Part shown: piece after piece, positions 8,164-17,718 of the stretch
Position numbering within the stretch: the first letter of the stretch is position 1
How the letters are laid out: each line of letters begins with the position of its first letter
IMG/VR virus record: IMGVR_UViG_2061766007_004337
Direction: 5' to 3' (one strand)
DNA from: an uncultured virus (IMG/VR IMGVR_UViG_2061766007_004337)
Taxonomy: Duplodnaviria; Heunggongvirae; Uroviricota; Caudoviricetes
DNA: 59,260 nucleotides
Notes under the pieces: generated by a model
Seen by the model: only the letters and a program-made list of their open reading frames with translations
Told to the model about the DNA's origin: nothing
Databases searched by the model: none
Made by a program: the position numbers and the translations under genes

Positions 8164-10698
8164 ATGGATCGGGAAAAGCTATTCAAGCACCTGGAACGGC
8201 GCTATACCTCAAAACGCGAAATGATCTCCCGCATCCCTCTGGGAGTACAGCCGGACGCGATGTGGCAGGAGCTGCTGAATCAGCGACGGTCCAGGAGCAC
8301 CGTGATCCCGCTGTACAACGCCAAGGGTCAGCCCTTCTGGTATGTCACGACGGAAAAGATGGTCGCGGCCAGTGAGAAAATACTTGAGGCGCTGTTCGAG
8401 AATGAAGCTGTATTTGATCCTTACACAGAAACGCTCCCCGTCTCCACGCTGGAGGAGGTGTTTTACACAAGCTATGTGGAGGGAGCGCAGATCAGTATCC
8501 AGGCGGCGATGGAATTTCTGTCCAGCGATCTGCCGCCGCGGGATATTGAGGAGCAGATGATCACCAACAACCGCATCGCAGGGAACTACGCCGCCGGCAA
8601 TCTCTATCGTCCCATCGACAGTCAGTTTTTGAGGGAGCTTGCCTATCTGCTCACGGACGGCATGGATCAGGGCGGACAGGATTTCCGGGCGACGGACGAA
8701 GTGGATTTCAGCGCGGCAGGCGGCGAGACATTTGAGTTTCCCTCCTGCGCGGTGATCCCTGATCGCATGGGCGAACTGACCGCCTTCCTGGAGGCGCCCA
8801 ACATTCACCCTCTGATCAAGGCGGCTGTGGCGCAGGCGTATCTGATGATCCTGCGTCCGTTCCCGGAGGGAAATGACCGGCTGGGCAGGATGGTCTCAAG
8901 CATCATCCTGCTTCGCGCCGGATACACCTTCTTCAGCGAGGTCAGCCTGTCCGCCCTGATCGCAAGAAAGAGCTACAGCTATTATGAGGCCGTGCTCAAT
9001 ATCCTGCGGGAAGAGAACGGCGGCGATATGACCTACTTTATCGAGTACTATCTTGGACTGCTCTCGCGGGCGGTGGATGAGCGGAGGCTGCGGCAAAACC
9101 GCAGGGAGGAGCAGGATCGCCAGGCGGAAAGAGAGCTTGCCCGCACACCGCTGAGCACGGTTTCCGCACCCGTGACGATACCGCCGCCCACAGAGACCAT
9201 TCACGAGCCGGAGTCAGCGGAGCAGATGATCCAAGACCCTAATCAGGCGGAGGAAGGAGGTGAACTCTTAGAGGGCTTTATCCCGGTTTCGACGATGGAG
9301 CTGGAGCCCTGGGACGAGGACGCGATTTATACGGAGGACGCGATCCGGGTCGCCAGAGTGAAGGACGAGCTCTACCGAAAAGCGGCTGAAGGCGGGCCCC
9401 TGACAAGAGCCTGCGCCAAGCTGTTCCTGGGCTATATTGAAAAGGGCGTCAGCACCTTCACTATGGAAGATATCGCTGAAGGCTGCTCCGTGACCGCCAC
9501 CCAGGCAGGTAATCTGATAACCCACATGAAAGGCTTCGGTTTGATTGAAAGCAGCGATCAGCGGAGAAACCGGTGCATGCTTTACCAGATTGGAACCGGA
9601 TTGCCGCCGCTGCAGCCGGAGGATTACGCGCCGGAATTGCTGGAGGCGGTAAAGGAGCTGCGCTTCTCCTCCAGATCCACCAGGGACAGGCGCGCCGGCG
9701 AGATCATCATGTCCTGCCTCCCCAAAGGGCTCGTCACGGCGGAAGACTATGCTTCGATCGGAGATGCAGCCAAACTGACAGGAGATCTGGCGCTGCCGGA
9801 ACATATGGGCATCGTGGAAAAGCTCTCCGCCGGGGTATACCGGATCAGCAGGCAGATACTCAGTCAGGGCAAGCCGCTTACGCCAGGGCAGAAAAACACT
9901 CTGACGGCGCTGTATCAGAGCTTTGGCAAGGAACCTTTTACGCGGGAGGAGGCAGCAGAATCGCTGAAGCAGTCCAAGTCGAGTACGTGCACGATCCTGC
10001 ATCAATTCACCGTGCTTCGCCTTCTGGAATGCAAGGAGGAAGTCTTCTTCATTTATCGGTTCCTCGTTGATCCGGACACGCAGCCCGAACTGTTCAACGA
10101 AGGCGCGGCTGAGAGCGTCCCCTTAGAAAAAGTGGTTATTCCGGAGACAGTCCCCACGCCGGATGAGGACGATTCCCCGGCATACAGCACACCGGAGCAG
10201 AGTGCGTACTCGGAGGCTGTATATCATCTGCTGGAGACCCTGGCTTCTTCCGCGACGTCGATCAGAGACAGAAGACTTGCAGAGGCTCTTCGGCGCTGCC
10301 TGGACAAGGGGACGCTCCTGCGGAGCGACTACGAAGACTGGGGACACAGCGTGAATATGTGGCTGTCGGACACGACCCTGGCAGAGCAGCTGGGTCTGAT
10401 CACAAAGATGCCGAACGGCGATTATTCGCTCAACCGGGAACTGAGCTCTAAGTTCCCGGAGCTAAAGCCCCATCAGAAAAGAACGATCACGGCCATATAC
10501 GAAGCTTTCGGCGACCAGGAATTCTCGCAGGAGATGATCGTAGCAACGCTGAATTACTCGGTCTCCTACACCTACGCTTCTCTTCACAAACTGACACTGC
10601 TTCGCATCCTGGAGCAGAGAACGACCGAAGGAGTGAGCCAGTATCAGCTGATGGTCAATCCCGAAGATCACCCCGAATGCTTTGAAATTGCCGCATAA
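8164..10698 (+). CDS. Fic-domain protein with degenerate motif and duplicated C-terminal winged-helix-like regions
   Basis: TSYVEG inhibitory motif, HPLIKAAVAQAY, RPFPEGNDRLGR; AGGAGG RBS. Confidence 0.8.
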   Translation: MDREKLFKHLERRYTSKREMISRIPLGVQPDAMWQELLNQRRSRSTVIPLYNAKGQPFWYVTTEKMVAASEKILEALFENEAVFDPYTETLPVSTLEEVFYTSYVEGAQISIQAAMEFLSSDLPPRDIEEQMITNNRIAGNYAAGNLYRPIDSQFLRELAYLLTDGMDQGGQDFRATDEVDFSAAGGETFEFPSCAVIPDRMGELTAFLEAPNIHPLIKAAVAQAYLMILRPFPEGNDRLGRMVSSIILLRAGYTFFSEVSLSALIARKSYSYYEAVLNILREENGGDMTYFIEYYLGLLSRAVDERRLRQNRREEQDRQAERELARTPLSTVSAPVTIPPPTETIHEPESAEQMIQDPNQAEEGGELLEGFIPVSTMELEPWDEDAIYTEDAIRVARVKDELYRKAAEGGPLTRACAKLFLGYIEKGVSTFTMEDIAEGCSVTATQAGNLITHMKGFGLIESSDQRRNRCMLYQIGTGLPPLQPEDYAPELLEAVKELRFSSRSTRDRRAGEIIMSCLPKGLVTAEDYASIGDAAKLTGDLALPEHMGIVEKLSAGVYRISRQILSQGKPLTPGQKNTLTALYQSFGKEPFTREEAAESLKQSKSSTCTILHQFTVLRLLECKEEVFFIYRFLVDPDTQPELFNEGAAESVPLEKVVIPETVPTPDEDDSPAYSTPEQSAYSEAVYHLLETLASSATSIRDRRLAEALRRCLDKGTLLRSDYEDWGHSVNMWLSDTTLAEQLGLITKMPNGDYSLNRELSSKFPELKPHQKRTITAIYEAFGDQEFSQEMIVATLNYSVSYTYASLHKLTLLRILEQRTTEGVSQYQLMVNPEDHPECFEIAA

Positions 10699-10740
10699 GA
10701 GAATCATGGCCCAAAGGGCCGGGAAATAAGAAGGACAGGC

Positions 10741-10962
10741 ATGAGACCAAAAATCACAAAAAACGCTATCCGCTGCAATCATTGCGGAGACGTCATTGAG
10801 AGCGCCTATCGCCACGATTTCAAGACCTGCAGATGCGGCAGAGTATCCGTTGACGGAGGGCACGATTATTTGCGGCGCTGCTTTGCCGCCCCGGGCGACT
10901 ATACCGATCTGTCCGAGATCGAGCAGACCAAAGAAAACGATGTTAAGGAGGACACACTATGA
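10741..10962 (+). CDS. Small zinc-ribbon protein
   Basis: NAIRCNHCGDVIES...HDFKTCRCGRVSVDGG. Confidence 0.75.
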   Translation: MRPKITKNAIRCNHCGDVIESAYRHDFKTCRCGRVSVDGGHDYLRRCFAAPGDYTDLSEIEQTKENDVKEDTL

Positions 10963-11234
10963 ACAAGCAGGAATTTGTCAGCAATGTCGCAGAGCGCATC
11001 GACGCGGACTGCACCCAGGCGGGAAACGTGGTCAACGCCGTATTTGAAGCACTTACTCAGGTGCTTGCGGCTGGCGACCGGGTCGTGATCCCGGGCTTCG
11101 GCACATTCTCTACTGCAACACGCGCTGCCCGAACAGGGCGCAACCCGATCAACGGTGAAGCCATTGAGATCCCGGCGCGGACTGTTCCCACGTTCAAGCC
11201 GGGAAAGGCACTGAGAGATGCTGTAGAATCTTAA
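10959..11234 (+). CDS. hup: HU-family DNA-binding protein
   Basis: MNKQEF...GFGTF...RAARTGRNPING...PTFKPGKAL. Confidence 0.95.
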   Translation: MNKQEFVSNVAERIDADCTQAGNVVNAVFEALTQVLAAGDRVVIPGFGTFSTATRAARTGRNPINGEAIEIPARTVPTFKPGKALRDAVES

Positions 11235-11363
11235 ATGCCGGCGCAGCATAGGTGAAACGCCCGCCGCCTATAGGTTTCCCCCTTGCAGAATTAACACACA
11301 GTTCTTTCAAAGGGGCGAAAGATATGGTAGAATCAGATATCCTGTTTCCCGGGAGGTGACGGT

Positions 11364-13493
11364 ATGGAGCGTCTGCGCTGTGTTGTTGAAAGAATTACAT
11401 ATCAGAACGAGCAGAACGGCTATACCATCATCAAATGCCGCGCCAAGGGATACAGCGATCTGGTCACGATCGTCGGCTCCATGCCGGAGGTTCACGTCGG
11501 CGCCGTCCTGACACTTCAGGGCAACTGGCGTGTGGACAGCAAGTACGGCAGACAGTTCGCCGCGGAGACCTTTGAGGAGACCCTGCCCGCCACCGTGCTC
11601 GGCATTGAAAAATATCTCGGCAGCGGCCTGATCAAAGGGATAGGACCGAAGTTCGCTCACCGTATCGTAGCCACCTTTGATAAAGACACCCTGGATATCA
11701 TTGAGACCGATCCAGACAGGCTGATTGAGGTCCCCGGCATCGGCAAGAAGCGCGTGGAGCGCATCAAGACAAGCTGGGAAGCGCAGAAAGAGATAAAAAA
11801 CATCATGCTTTTTTTGCAAGGGCATGAAGTCAGCACCTCTCACGCCACGAAGATCTACAAGACCTATGGCAACGAGAGCATCAGTGTCGTGAAGGAGAAT
11901 CCCTACCGTCTCGCCGACGATATCTGGGGCATCGGCTTCAAAACCGCGGACGGGATCGCCGCCAAGCTCGGCTTCGAGCATGACCGGTATGAGCGCCTCC
12001 GCAGCGGTATCCTGTACACGCTGAACAGGCTGTCCGAGAACGGGCATTGCTATGCGACCCGTGAACAGCTCCTCAAGGCCGGGACAGAGCTTTTGGGAGT
12101 GGAAGAGGTGCCGCTGGATTCAGCCCTCACGCAGATGATCACGGCTGAGGATGTGATTATGGACGCCGATGCCATTTATCTGCCTCCGTTCTATTTCTCC
12201 GAGGTCGGCTGCGCCAAACGGATCAGCGACCTGCTGCATGCCCCGCGGGCAAGAGACATTCACCCTGAGGCAGTGGACAGGATCGTCGATTCTCAAGCAG
12301 AGATACAGTACGACGAGGTCCAGAGAGACGCGATCCGGACTGCTGCCAGCTCCAAGATCATGGTGCTGACCGGAGGCCCCGGCACGGGGAAGACCACCAC
12401 GACGCTGGGGATCATTTCGGTCTATCAGCGGTATGGCTTCCAGGTGCTTCTTGCCGCGCCTACAGGAAGAGCGGCGAAGCGTCTGTCGGAGGCCACGGGG
12501 CTTGAAGCGAAGACGATCCACCGGCTCCTGGAATTCAAGCCGCCGGAGGGATATCAGCGGACCGAGGAAAACCCGCTCGAGGGAGATATCCTGATCGTGG
12601 ACGAATGCTCCATGATAGATATCCTGCTCATGTACAATCTTCTGAAAGCCATTCCGCCGCACATGACGCTCATCCTCGTCGGCGATACAGACCAGCTGCC
12701 GAGCGTGGGTGCGGGCAACGTGCTGAAGGATATCATCGCGTCAGACACGGTTCCCGTCGTGCGGCTGACACGGATTTTCCGTCAGGCGATGGGCAGCCGG
12801 ATCATTACCAACGCCCACCGGATCAACAAGGGGAAATACATCGATCTCAGCAACGGCAGAGATACGGACTTCTTCTACATGCCCAACGATGATCCTGAAT
12901 CTGTGCAGAACACTATCGTCGATCTGTGTACGCGCCGACTGCCAAAAACATACCGGGTCGATCCTGTGACAGACATCCAGGTGCTGACACCGATGCAGCG
13001 CGGCATTGTCGGGGCGGCGAATCTGAACAACGTGCTCCAGCAAGCGCTGAATCCGAACTCGGTCTGCCTCCGCCGCGGAGGGCTCGAATACCGTCTGCAT
13101 GACAAGGTCATGCAAATCAAAAACGATTATGAAAAAGAGGTCTTCAACGGGGATATAGGAACGATTACCTCCGTCGATCTGGAAGACCGTGAGTTGACGG
13201 TGGACTTCGATGGCACGCCGGTAGTATATGATTCGACGGAGCTGGATGAGCTTGTCCTCGCCTACGCCACGACGATCCACAAGGCGCAGGGCTCCGAGTA
13301 CCCCATTGTGGTCATGCCCTTCATGATGACGCATTTCGTCATGCTGCAGCGTAATCTGCTCTATACGGGAATCACCCGGGCGAAGAAGATCCTTGTTCTC
13401 ATCGGCGAGAAAAAGGCCATCTCCTATGCGATACGAAACGAAAAGACCGCCGAGCGTAACACCCGGCTGGCCGAAAGACTAAAAGCAATGTAA
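11364..13493 (+). CDS. recD2: ATP-dependent RecD-like helicase
   Basis: HhH motifs, Walker A GGPGTGKT, DECSM, QLPSVGAG, TIHKAQGSE. Confidence 0.95.
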   Translation: MERLRCVVERITYQNEQNGYTIIKCRAKGYSDLVTIVGSMPEVHVGAVLTLQGNWRVDSKYGRQFAAETFEETLPATVLGIEKYLGSGLIKGIGPKFAHRIVATFDKDTLDIIETDPDRLIEVPGIGKKRVERIKTSWEAQKEIKNIMLFLQGHEVSTSHATKIYKTYGNESISVVKENPYRLADDIWGIGFKTADGIAAKLGFEHDRYERLRSGILYTLNRLSENGHCYATREQLLKAGTELLGVEEVPLDSALTQMITAEDVIMDADAIYLPPFYFSEVGCAKRISDLLHAPRARDIHPEAVDRIVDSQAEIQYDEVQRDAIRTAASSKIMVLTGGPGTGKTTTTLGIISVYQRYGFQVLLAAPTGRAAKRLSEATGLEAKTIHRLLEFKPPEGYQRTEENPLEGDILIVDECSMIDILLMYNLLKAIPPHMTLILVGDTDQLPSVGAGNVLKDIIASDTVPVVRLTRIFRQAMGSRIITNAHRINKGKYIDLSNGRDTDFFYMPNDDPESVQNTIVDLCTRRLPKTYRVDPVTDIQVLTPMQRGIVGAANLNNVLQQALNPNSVCLRRGGLEYRLHDKVMQIKNDYEKEVFNGDIGTITSVDLEDRELTVDFDGTPVVYDSTELDELVLAYATTIHKAQGSEYPIVVMPFMMTHFVMLQRNLLYTGITRAKKILVLIGEKKAISYAIRNEKTAERNTRLAERLKAM

Positions 13494-13509
13494 TTGAGGT
13501 TCAGCAAAT

Positions 13510-14079
13510 ATGTGCGGCAGATTTGGTTATAGTTCTGATACCGTCAGGACTGCGGCAGACATAATGAATATCCCGGTTCCGGCGGGATCCTATGCGATGC
13601 GCGATGCCCATCCGGGCGATATAACTCCAGTGATATCGTCTGTCGGCTTTGAAGACTGTAAATGGGGATATCCCGGCTTTAGTGGGAAAAACCTGGTCTT
13701 TAATACGCGCTCCGAAACAGCGCTGGAGAAGAACTTCTTTCGCAATGGGATCCTGCACGGCCGTATCATCATCGCCGCCTCACTCTTTTACGAATGGGAT
13801 CCTTCCAAACAGATGTACGAATTTCGCAGAGAGGATTCTGCCGTCATGTTTCTGGCCGGTATTATGGACCGGTTTGACGGAGTAAAACGGTATTCTGTCC
13901 TGACAACAGCGGCGAATCCTTCCATGAGCCAGATCCATAACCGGATGCCGCTCATACTGGAAAGAAACCAGCTCAGCGACTGGATACAGGATGATTCGAC
14001 CGTTTTCGACATTCTTCGGCAAACGCCTGTTCTGCTGCACGCGCGGAGGGCAGGCGGGCAGCTCAGTATGTTCGATTGA
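13510..14079 (+). CDS. SOS response-associated peptidase (SRAP/YedK/HMCES family)
   Basis: MCGRF N-terminus, FNTRSET, FYEW, IHNRMPLIL. Confidence 0.92.
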   Translation: MCGRFGYSSDTVRTAADIMNIPVPAGSYAMRDAHPGDITPVISSVGFEDCKWGYPGFSGKNLVFNTRSETALEKNFFRNGILHGRIIIAASLFYEWDPSKQMYEFRREDSAVMFLAGIMDRFDGVKRYSVLTTAANPSMSQIHNRMPLILERNQLSDWIQDDSTVFDILRQTPVLLHARRAGGQLSMFD

Positions 14080-14101
14080 AAAAAAGAGGAGGAAACGTAT
14101 C

Positions 14102-14743
14102 ATGACCATTAATGAAGCAATTCTCGCAAGGCACTCTGTTCGAAGCTACGAATCCCGACCGGTGCCGGACGACCTTCGCGCAGAGATCGAAAAGGCTGTT
14201 GATTCTGCAAATAACGAGAGCGGCCTGCATATTCAGGTGCTCTGGGATCAGCCCCAGGTCTTTGCCGGGAAAATCAAGGGCGCGGAAAACGGAATAATCC
14301 TGATAGGCAAAAAATCTCCTGACCTGGAAGATCGACTCGGATACTACGGCGCGAAGGTCATGATGCAGCTGCAGATGCTGGGGCTGAATTCTGTTTGGGT
14401 GGCCATGTCCTTCAACAAGAAAGAGGCCGCGGCTCTGTGCACTTTAGCTGAAGGCGAATCCATAATTAATGCCATCGCTTTCGGCTACGGGACTACACAA
14501 GGGGTCGCTCACAAATCCAAGCCTGTTGAGCGCTGCATGAACGTGAAGGGTGACGTTCCGGAATGGTTCGCAAAAGGGATGGAAGCCGCCATGCTTGCAC
14601 CGACAGCTATCAACCAGCAGCAGTTTGTCTTCTCTCTGGACGGAGAGAAGGTCAGCGCCAAAGCAAAACTCGGCCCGTTTTCAAAAGTAGACCTCGGCAT
14701 TGTAAAGTACTTCTTTGAGATCGGCTCCGGGAAAAAAGTGTAA
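14102..14743 (+). CDS. Nitroreductase-family protein
   Basis: EAILARHSVRSY, LAPTAINQQ; GAGGAGG RBS. Confidence 0.88.
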   Translation: MTINEAILARHSVRSYESRPVPDDLRAEIEKAVDSANNESGLHIQVLWDQPQVFAGKIKGAENGIILIGKKSPDLEDRLGYYGAKVMMQLQMLGLNSVWVAMSFNKKEAAALCTLAEGESIINAIAFGYGTTQGVAHKSKPVERCMNVKGDVPEWFAKGMEAAMLAPTAINQQQFVFSLDGEKVSAKAKLGPFSKVDLGIVKYFFEIGSGKKV

Positions 14744-14759
14744 ACACAGGGGGCCACAT

Positions 14760-15209
14760 ATGAAACGCAGTTTTCTGATAGCGTATTTTTCCCACCAGGG
14801 ACATACAAAGAAGGTAGCAGAGCATATCGCCGGCGTGACCGGCGGAACGCTTTTTGAGATCGTTCCGGTCAAAAAGTACCTGGGCGGGTATGCGTGCCTT
14901 CCGCGAGTTGCTAAAGAAGTGAAGGGCGACCTGCGCCCGGAGATTAAGACTCGCGTAGATAAGTTTGAAGAATATACAGATATTGTGATCGGCTATCCTG
15001 CCTGGGATTACACTTGCCCCAAAATCATCCAGAGTTTCGCGGAGCAGTATGATTTCACCGGGAAAGAAGTCTTCCCCTTCGATACTCATGGCGGAAGCGG
15101 CCCCCTCGGCACAGAAGAAATACGTTCTTCCTGCAAGGGAACTGTTCATGAATGCCACGATGGAAATCACCTGACAGACGAAGACATTAAATCCTGGCTT
15201 TCTGTATAA
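14760..15209 (+). CDS. Flavodoxin
   Basis: IAYFSHQGHTKKVA, GYPAW, PFDTHGGSG. Confidence 0.88.
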   Translation: MKRSFLIAYFSHQGHTKKVAEHIAGVTGGTLFEIVPVKKYLGGYACLPRVAKEVKGDLRPEIKTRVDKFEEYTDIVIGYPAWDYTCPKIIQSFAEQYDFTGKEVFPFDTHGGSGPLGTEEIRSSCKGTVHECHDGNHLTDEDIKSWLSV

Positions 15210-15212
15210 AAA

Positions 15213-15255
15213 CAAAAAGAGCCCGATGAAGAGAAGAATCTCCTCACCGGGCTTT
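15213..15255. terminator. Bidirectional terminator between convergent flavodoxin and lysin
   Basis: AGCCCG...CGGGCT stem flanked by A and T tracts. Confidence 0.65.
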
Positions 15256-15333
15256 AAACATGCCTGTCGTGTATTAGTTGTATATAGGGTTTGAGTCATT
15301 ATAATGACCCGAAAAGACATTATAATGATCCAG

Positions 15334-16755
15334 TCACTCGACCTTCAGCTTCTCCCAGGTCGCCTGGCCACAAACGCCGTCAGCCGTAAGGCCGGCCGAG
15401 GTCTGATACCGCTTAAGCGCGGAAAGCGTATCGTTTCCGAAATCGCCGTCGATCCCGCACCTGCCGACACCGTATCCGCGGCTGACCAGGCAGAACTGCA
15501 TAGCGGCAACATACATATCGCATGCGCCGTGTCTCAGTGTCGGCATACCGATAGCGATCAGTTCCTCTGCGGGCGTCTCGGGTTCATCACCCGCTTCGGC
15601 AATGTTATCGCTGTATTTGGGAACGCCGTAACCCCGGATATACCTGCCGTTCACAGCCAGCTTACGCCGTCCGACCGCGTCGCTCATGTTGCCTTCAATG
15701 ACGGAGATCGTATTGCCGGATACCGCCTCTACGATCCCGACGTGATCAGAGCCTCCGGTGTTGTCCCCGGCCCCGCTGTCCTGCCAATCATAGAAGATCA
15801 CATCACCGGGCGCGGGAACATACGCGTCGTTCTCTACCCATTCGCCCAGGCTCTGGAACAGACGGATCATCGGGTCACAGCCGCATTCCGTGGGAAGCAC
15901 ATCCGTCACACCGCATTTGATGGCAACGGCACTTACGAACGCAGCGCACCAGGGATCCCCATAGGTCATTGCGTAGCCCCTGGCAAGCGGCTTGTGGCTG
16001 TTGTAAACGTCAATGATCTCTCTGTGGCTTCCGTCCGCTTCTTTCCTGCCGAGCCAAGCTCTCGCCTGGGCCACAACAGCCTCTCGCTTTCCGGAAGGGG
16101 CTTCCTCTACGGGAGCGGGTTCAACGGCAGCCTCCTTCGGATAGCCGTTAAACCCGCCCTTCACGATGACAGCCGGGTAGTCTACATAGCCGTAGTCAAG
16201 GTCTACGTCGCCCGAGATCCCTGGCACAGAACCCTTGCTGGAGTACTGCCACAGGCCGCACTTGCCGCTGAAACTGCAGGAGTCTGCCCACTGAGCGCAC
16301 CAGAACGCATACCGTTCCCGGACAGCGTCGGTGACCACAGATCTGGCGTGGGAAGCGGAGGTATAGAAGCCGGCGAAGTAGCCCGCCGCCTCCATCGTGT
16401 CGCAGAAGGCCTTGATAAGAGAGGAGCAGAAGTCACGCCCGCGGGAGAGCTGACTCTGCTCCTCAAGATCGAAGTAGACCGGATAGTCGAACTGCTTGCC
16501 CTTCAGCACCTCAATGCAGACCTGGGCTTCCTGCTTTGCGGCGTCAACACTGTCCGCATAGCTGTACCAGTATGCGCCGACGTGAAGCCCGGCCGCTTTC
16601 GCGCCTGCGTAGTTTTTCTCAAAGCAGGTATCCTTCTGGCTGATGAGTCTGCCATAACCGGCGCGAATGATCACAAAGTCAATACCGCTTGCCTTGACCT
16701 TGCCGAAGTCAATATTGCCCTGCCAGACGGATACATCGATCCCTTTAGTCGCCAT
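15334..16755 (-). CDS. Endolysin: GH25 muramidase + CHAP + peptidoglycan-binding domain
   Basis: GIDVSVWQG, YFDLEE, PWCAAFVS...DHVGIV...IEGN, DGDFG...DGVCGQATW. Confidence 0.92.
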   Translation of the reverse strand: MATKGIDVSVWQGNIDFGKVKASGIDFVIIRAGYGRLISQKDTCFEKNYAGAKAAGLHVGAYWYSYADSVDAAKQEAQVCIEVLKGKQFDYPVYFDLEEQSQLSRGRDFCSSLIKAFCDTMEAAGYFAGFYTSASHARSVVTDAVRERYAFWCAQWADSCSFSGKCGLWQYSSKGSVPGISGDVDLDYGYVDYPAVIVKGGFNGYPKEAAVEPAPVEEAPSGKREAVVAQARAWLGRKEADGSHREIIDVYNSHKPLARGYAMTYGDPWCAAFVSAVAIKCGVTDVLPTECGCDPMIRLFQSLGEWVENDAYVPAPGDVIFYDWQDSGAGDNTGGSDHVGIVEAVSGNTISVIEGNMSDAVGRRKLAVNGRYIRGYGVPKYSDNIAEAGDEPETPAEELIAIGMPTLRHGACDMYVAAMQFCLVSRGYGVGRCGIDGDFGNDTLSALKRYQTSAGLTADGVCGQATWEKLKVE

Positions 16756-17194
16756 TATCATCGTCTCCTTCGTGTTCGCCGACATACTCGCTTTTCTCAG
16801 CTCGGTCATGAAGCTGCTCAAGTACGTTCTTGATCGCACCGGGGACCGGCAGACCAAGGTGGGCGGCGTTCTCCAGAAGGCTTACGCCCTCGTTGGAGAG
16901 GTAAAAGAAAATAGCAGCGGTCCGAAGAACGCTGCCGGTCTTGATCACTTGGACATCGAGAATATTTGCGATGCCCACGAGAACAAAAATGAGGATCTTG
17001 CGGAAGATCCCCTTAAACCCGACTGCGCTGGACAGCTTCCTGTCCACAACGGCGCACATGACGCCGGTAATGTAGTCCACGACTACAAAAGCAATCAGAG
17101 CATAAAGCAAACCGTCCGTCCCTCCCAGGTACCAGCCAAGCCAACCGCCGACGCCGGTGAAAGCAAGCTGTACAGTAGTCCAAAATTCTTTCAT
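16745..17194 (-). CDS. Phage holin
   Basis: Hydrophobic helices, DYITG, SNEGVSLLENAAHLGLPVP. Confidence 0.92.
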   Translation of the reverse strand: MKEFWTTVQLAFTGVGGWLGWYLGGTDGLLYALIAFVVVDYITGVMCAVVDRKLSSAVGFKGIFRKILIFVLVGIANILDVQVIKTGSVLRTAAIFFYLSNEGVSLLENAAHLGLPVPGAIKNVLEQLHDRAEKSEYVGEHEGDDDNGD

Positions 17195-17215
17195 TGCAGT
17201 ATTTCCTCCTGTTTT

Positions 17216-17716
17216 TTAATCCACGGTATCGTCACGCCAGAAAATGTAATGCCAGGTTCCCTTGACAAAAGTCCTGGTGTTGGAGCCGGAGTCAATGGAG
17301 ACGCTGCTGCTCCCGACTGTGACAGTGCCGTTGGTTTCTGATGTGGATATGGTCGACGCGATGCCGATCGCAAGCGAAGCGGCTGTCAGCACCTCGCAGG
17401 TCGCAGCGGTCATGTTGTCCGAAAAGGCCATACGGATCGCGCCACTGGTGCTGTTGGGGCTGCCAGCCACAAAAAGCATCATGTGCGCCGGGGTGAAGTC
17501 CGGCTTATGGATCGTGATCTTCCTGCTGTTTGAGGATTGCGTCACGGTCCCGGCCTTGAAGTGTTTTGTCTCCGCTCCGGGCGTATATGCGCCAACGACC
17601 TGTTCCCCGGCGGCGTTGTGCGCTGTGAATCCGGAGAGCAGGTTGCCGGCCTTGACGGTATCCGCCGTCAGGTCTACGAGAACCGTCGTCCCGTAGACCA
17701 CTTTACTGACTGCCAT
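17216..17716 (-). CDS. Tail-associated hypothetical protein
   Basis: Position; N-terminus paralogous to the adjacent gene. Confidence 0.7.
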   Translation of the reverse strand: MAVSKVVYGTTVLVDLTADTVKAGNLLSGFTAHNAAGEQVVGAYTPGAETKHFKAGTVTQSSNSRKITIHKPDFTPAHMMLFVAGSPNSTSGAIRMAFSDNMTAATCEVLTAASLAIGIASTISTSETNGTVTVGSSSVSIDSGSNTRTFVKGTWHYIFWRDDTVD

Positions 17717-17718
17717 GA

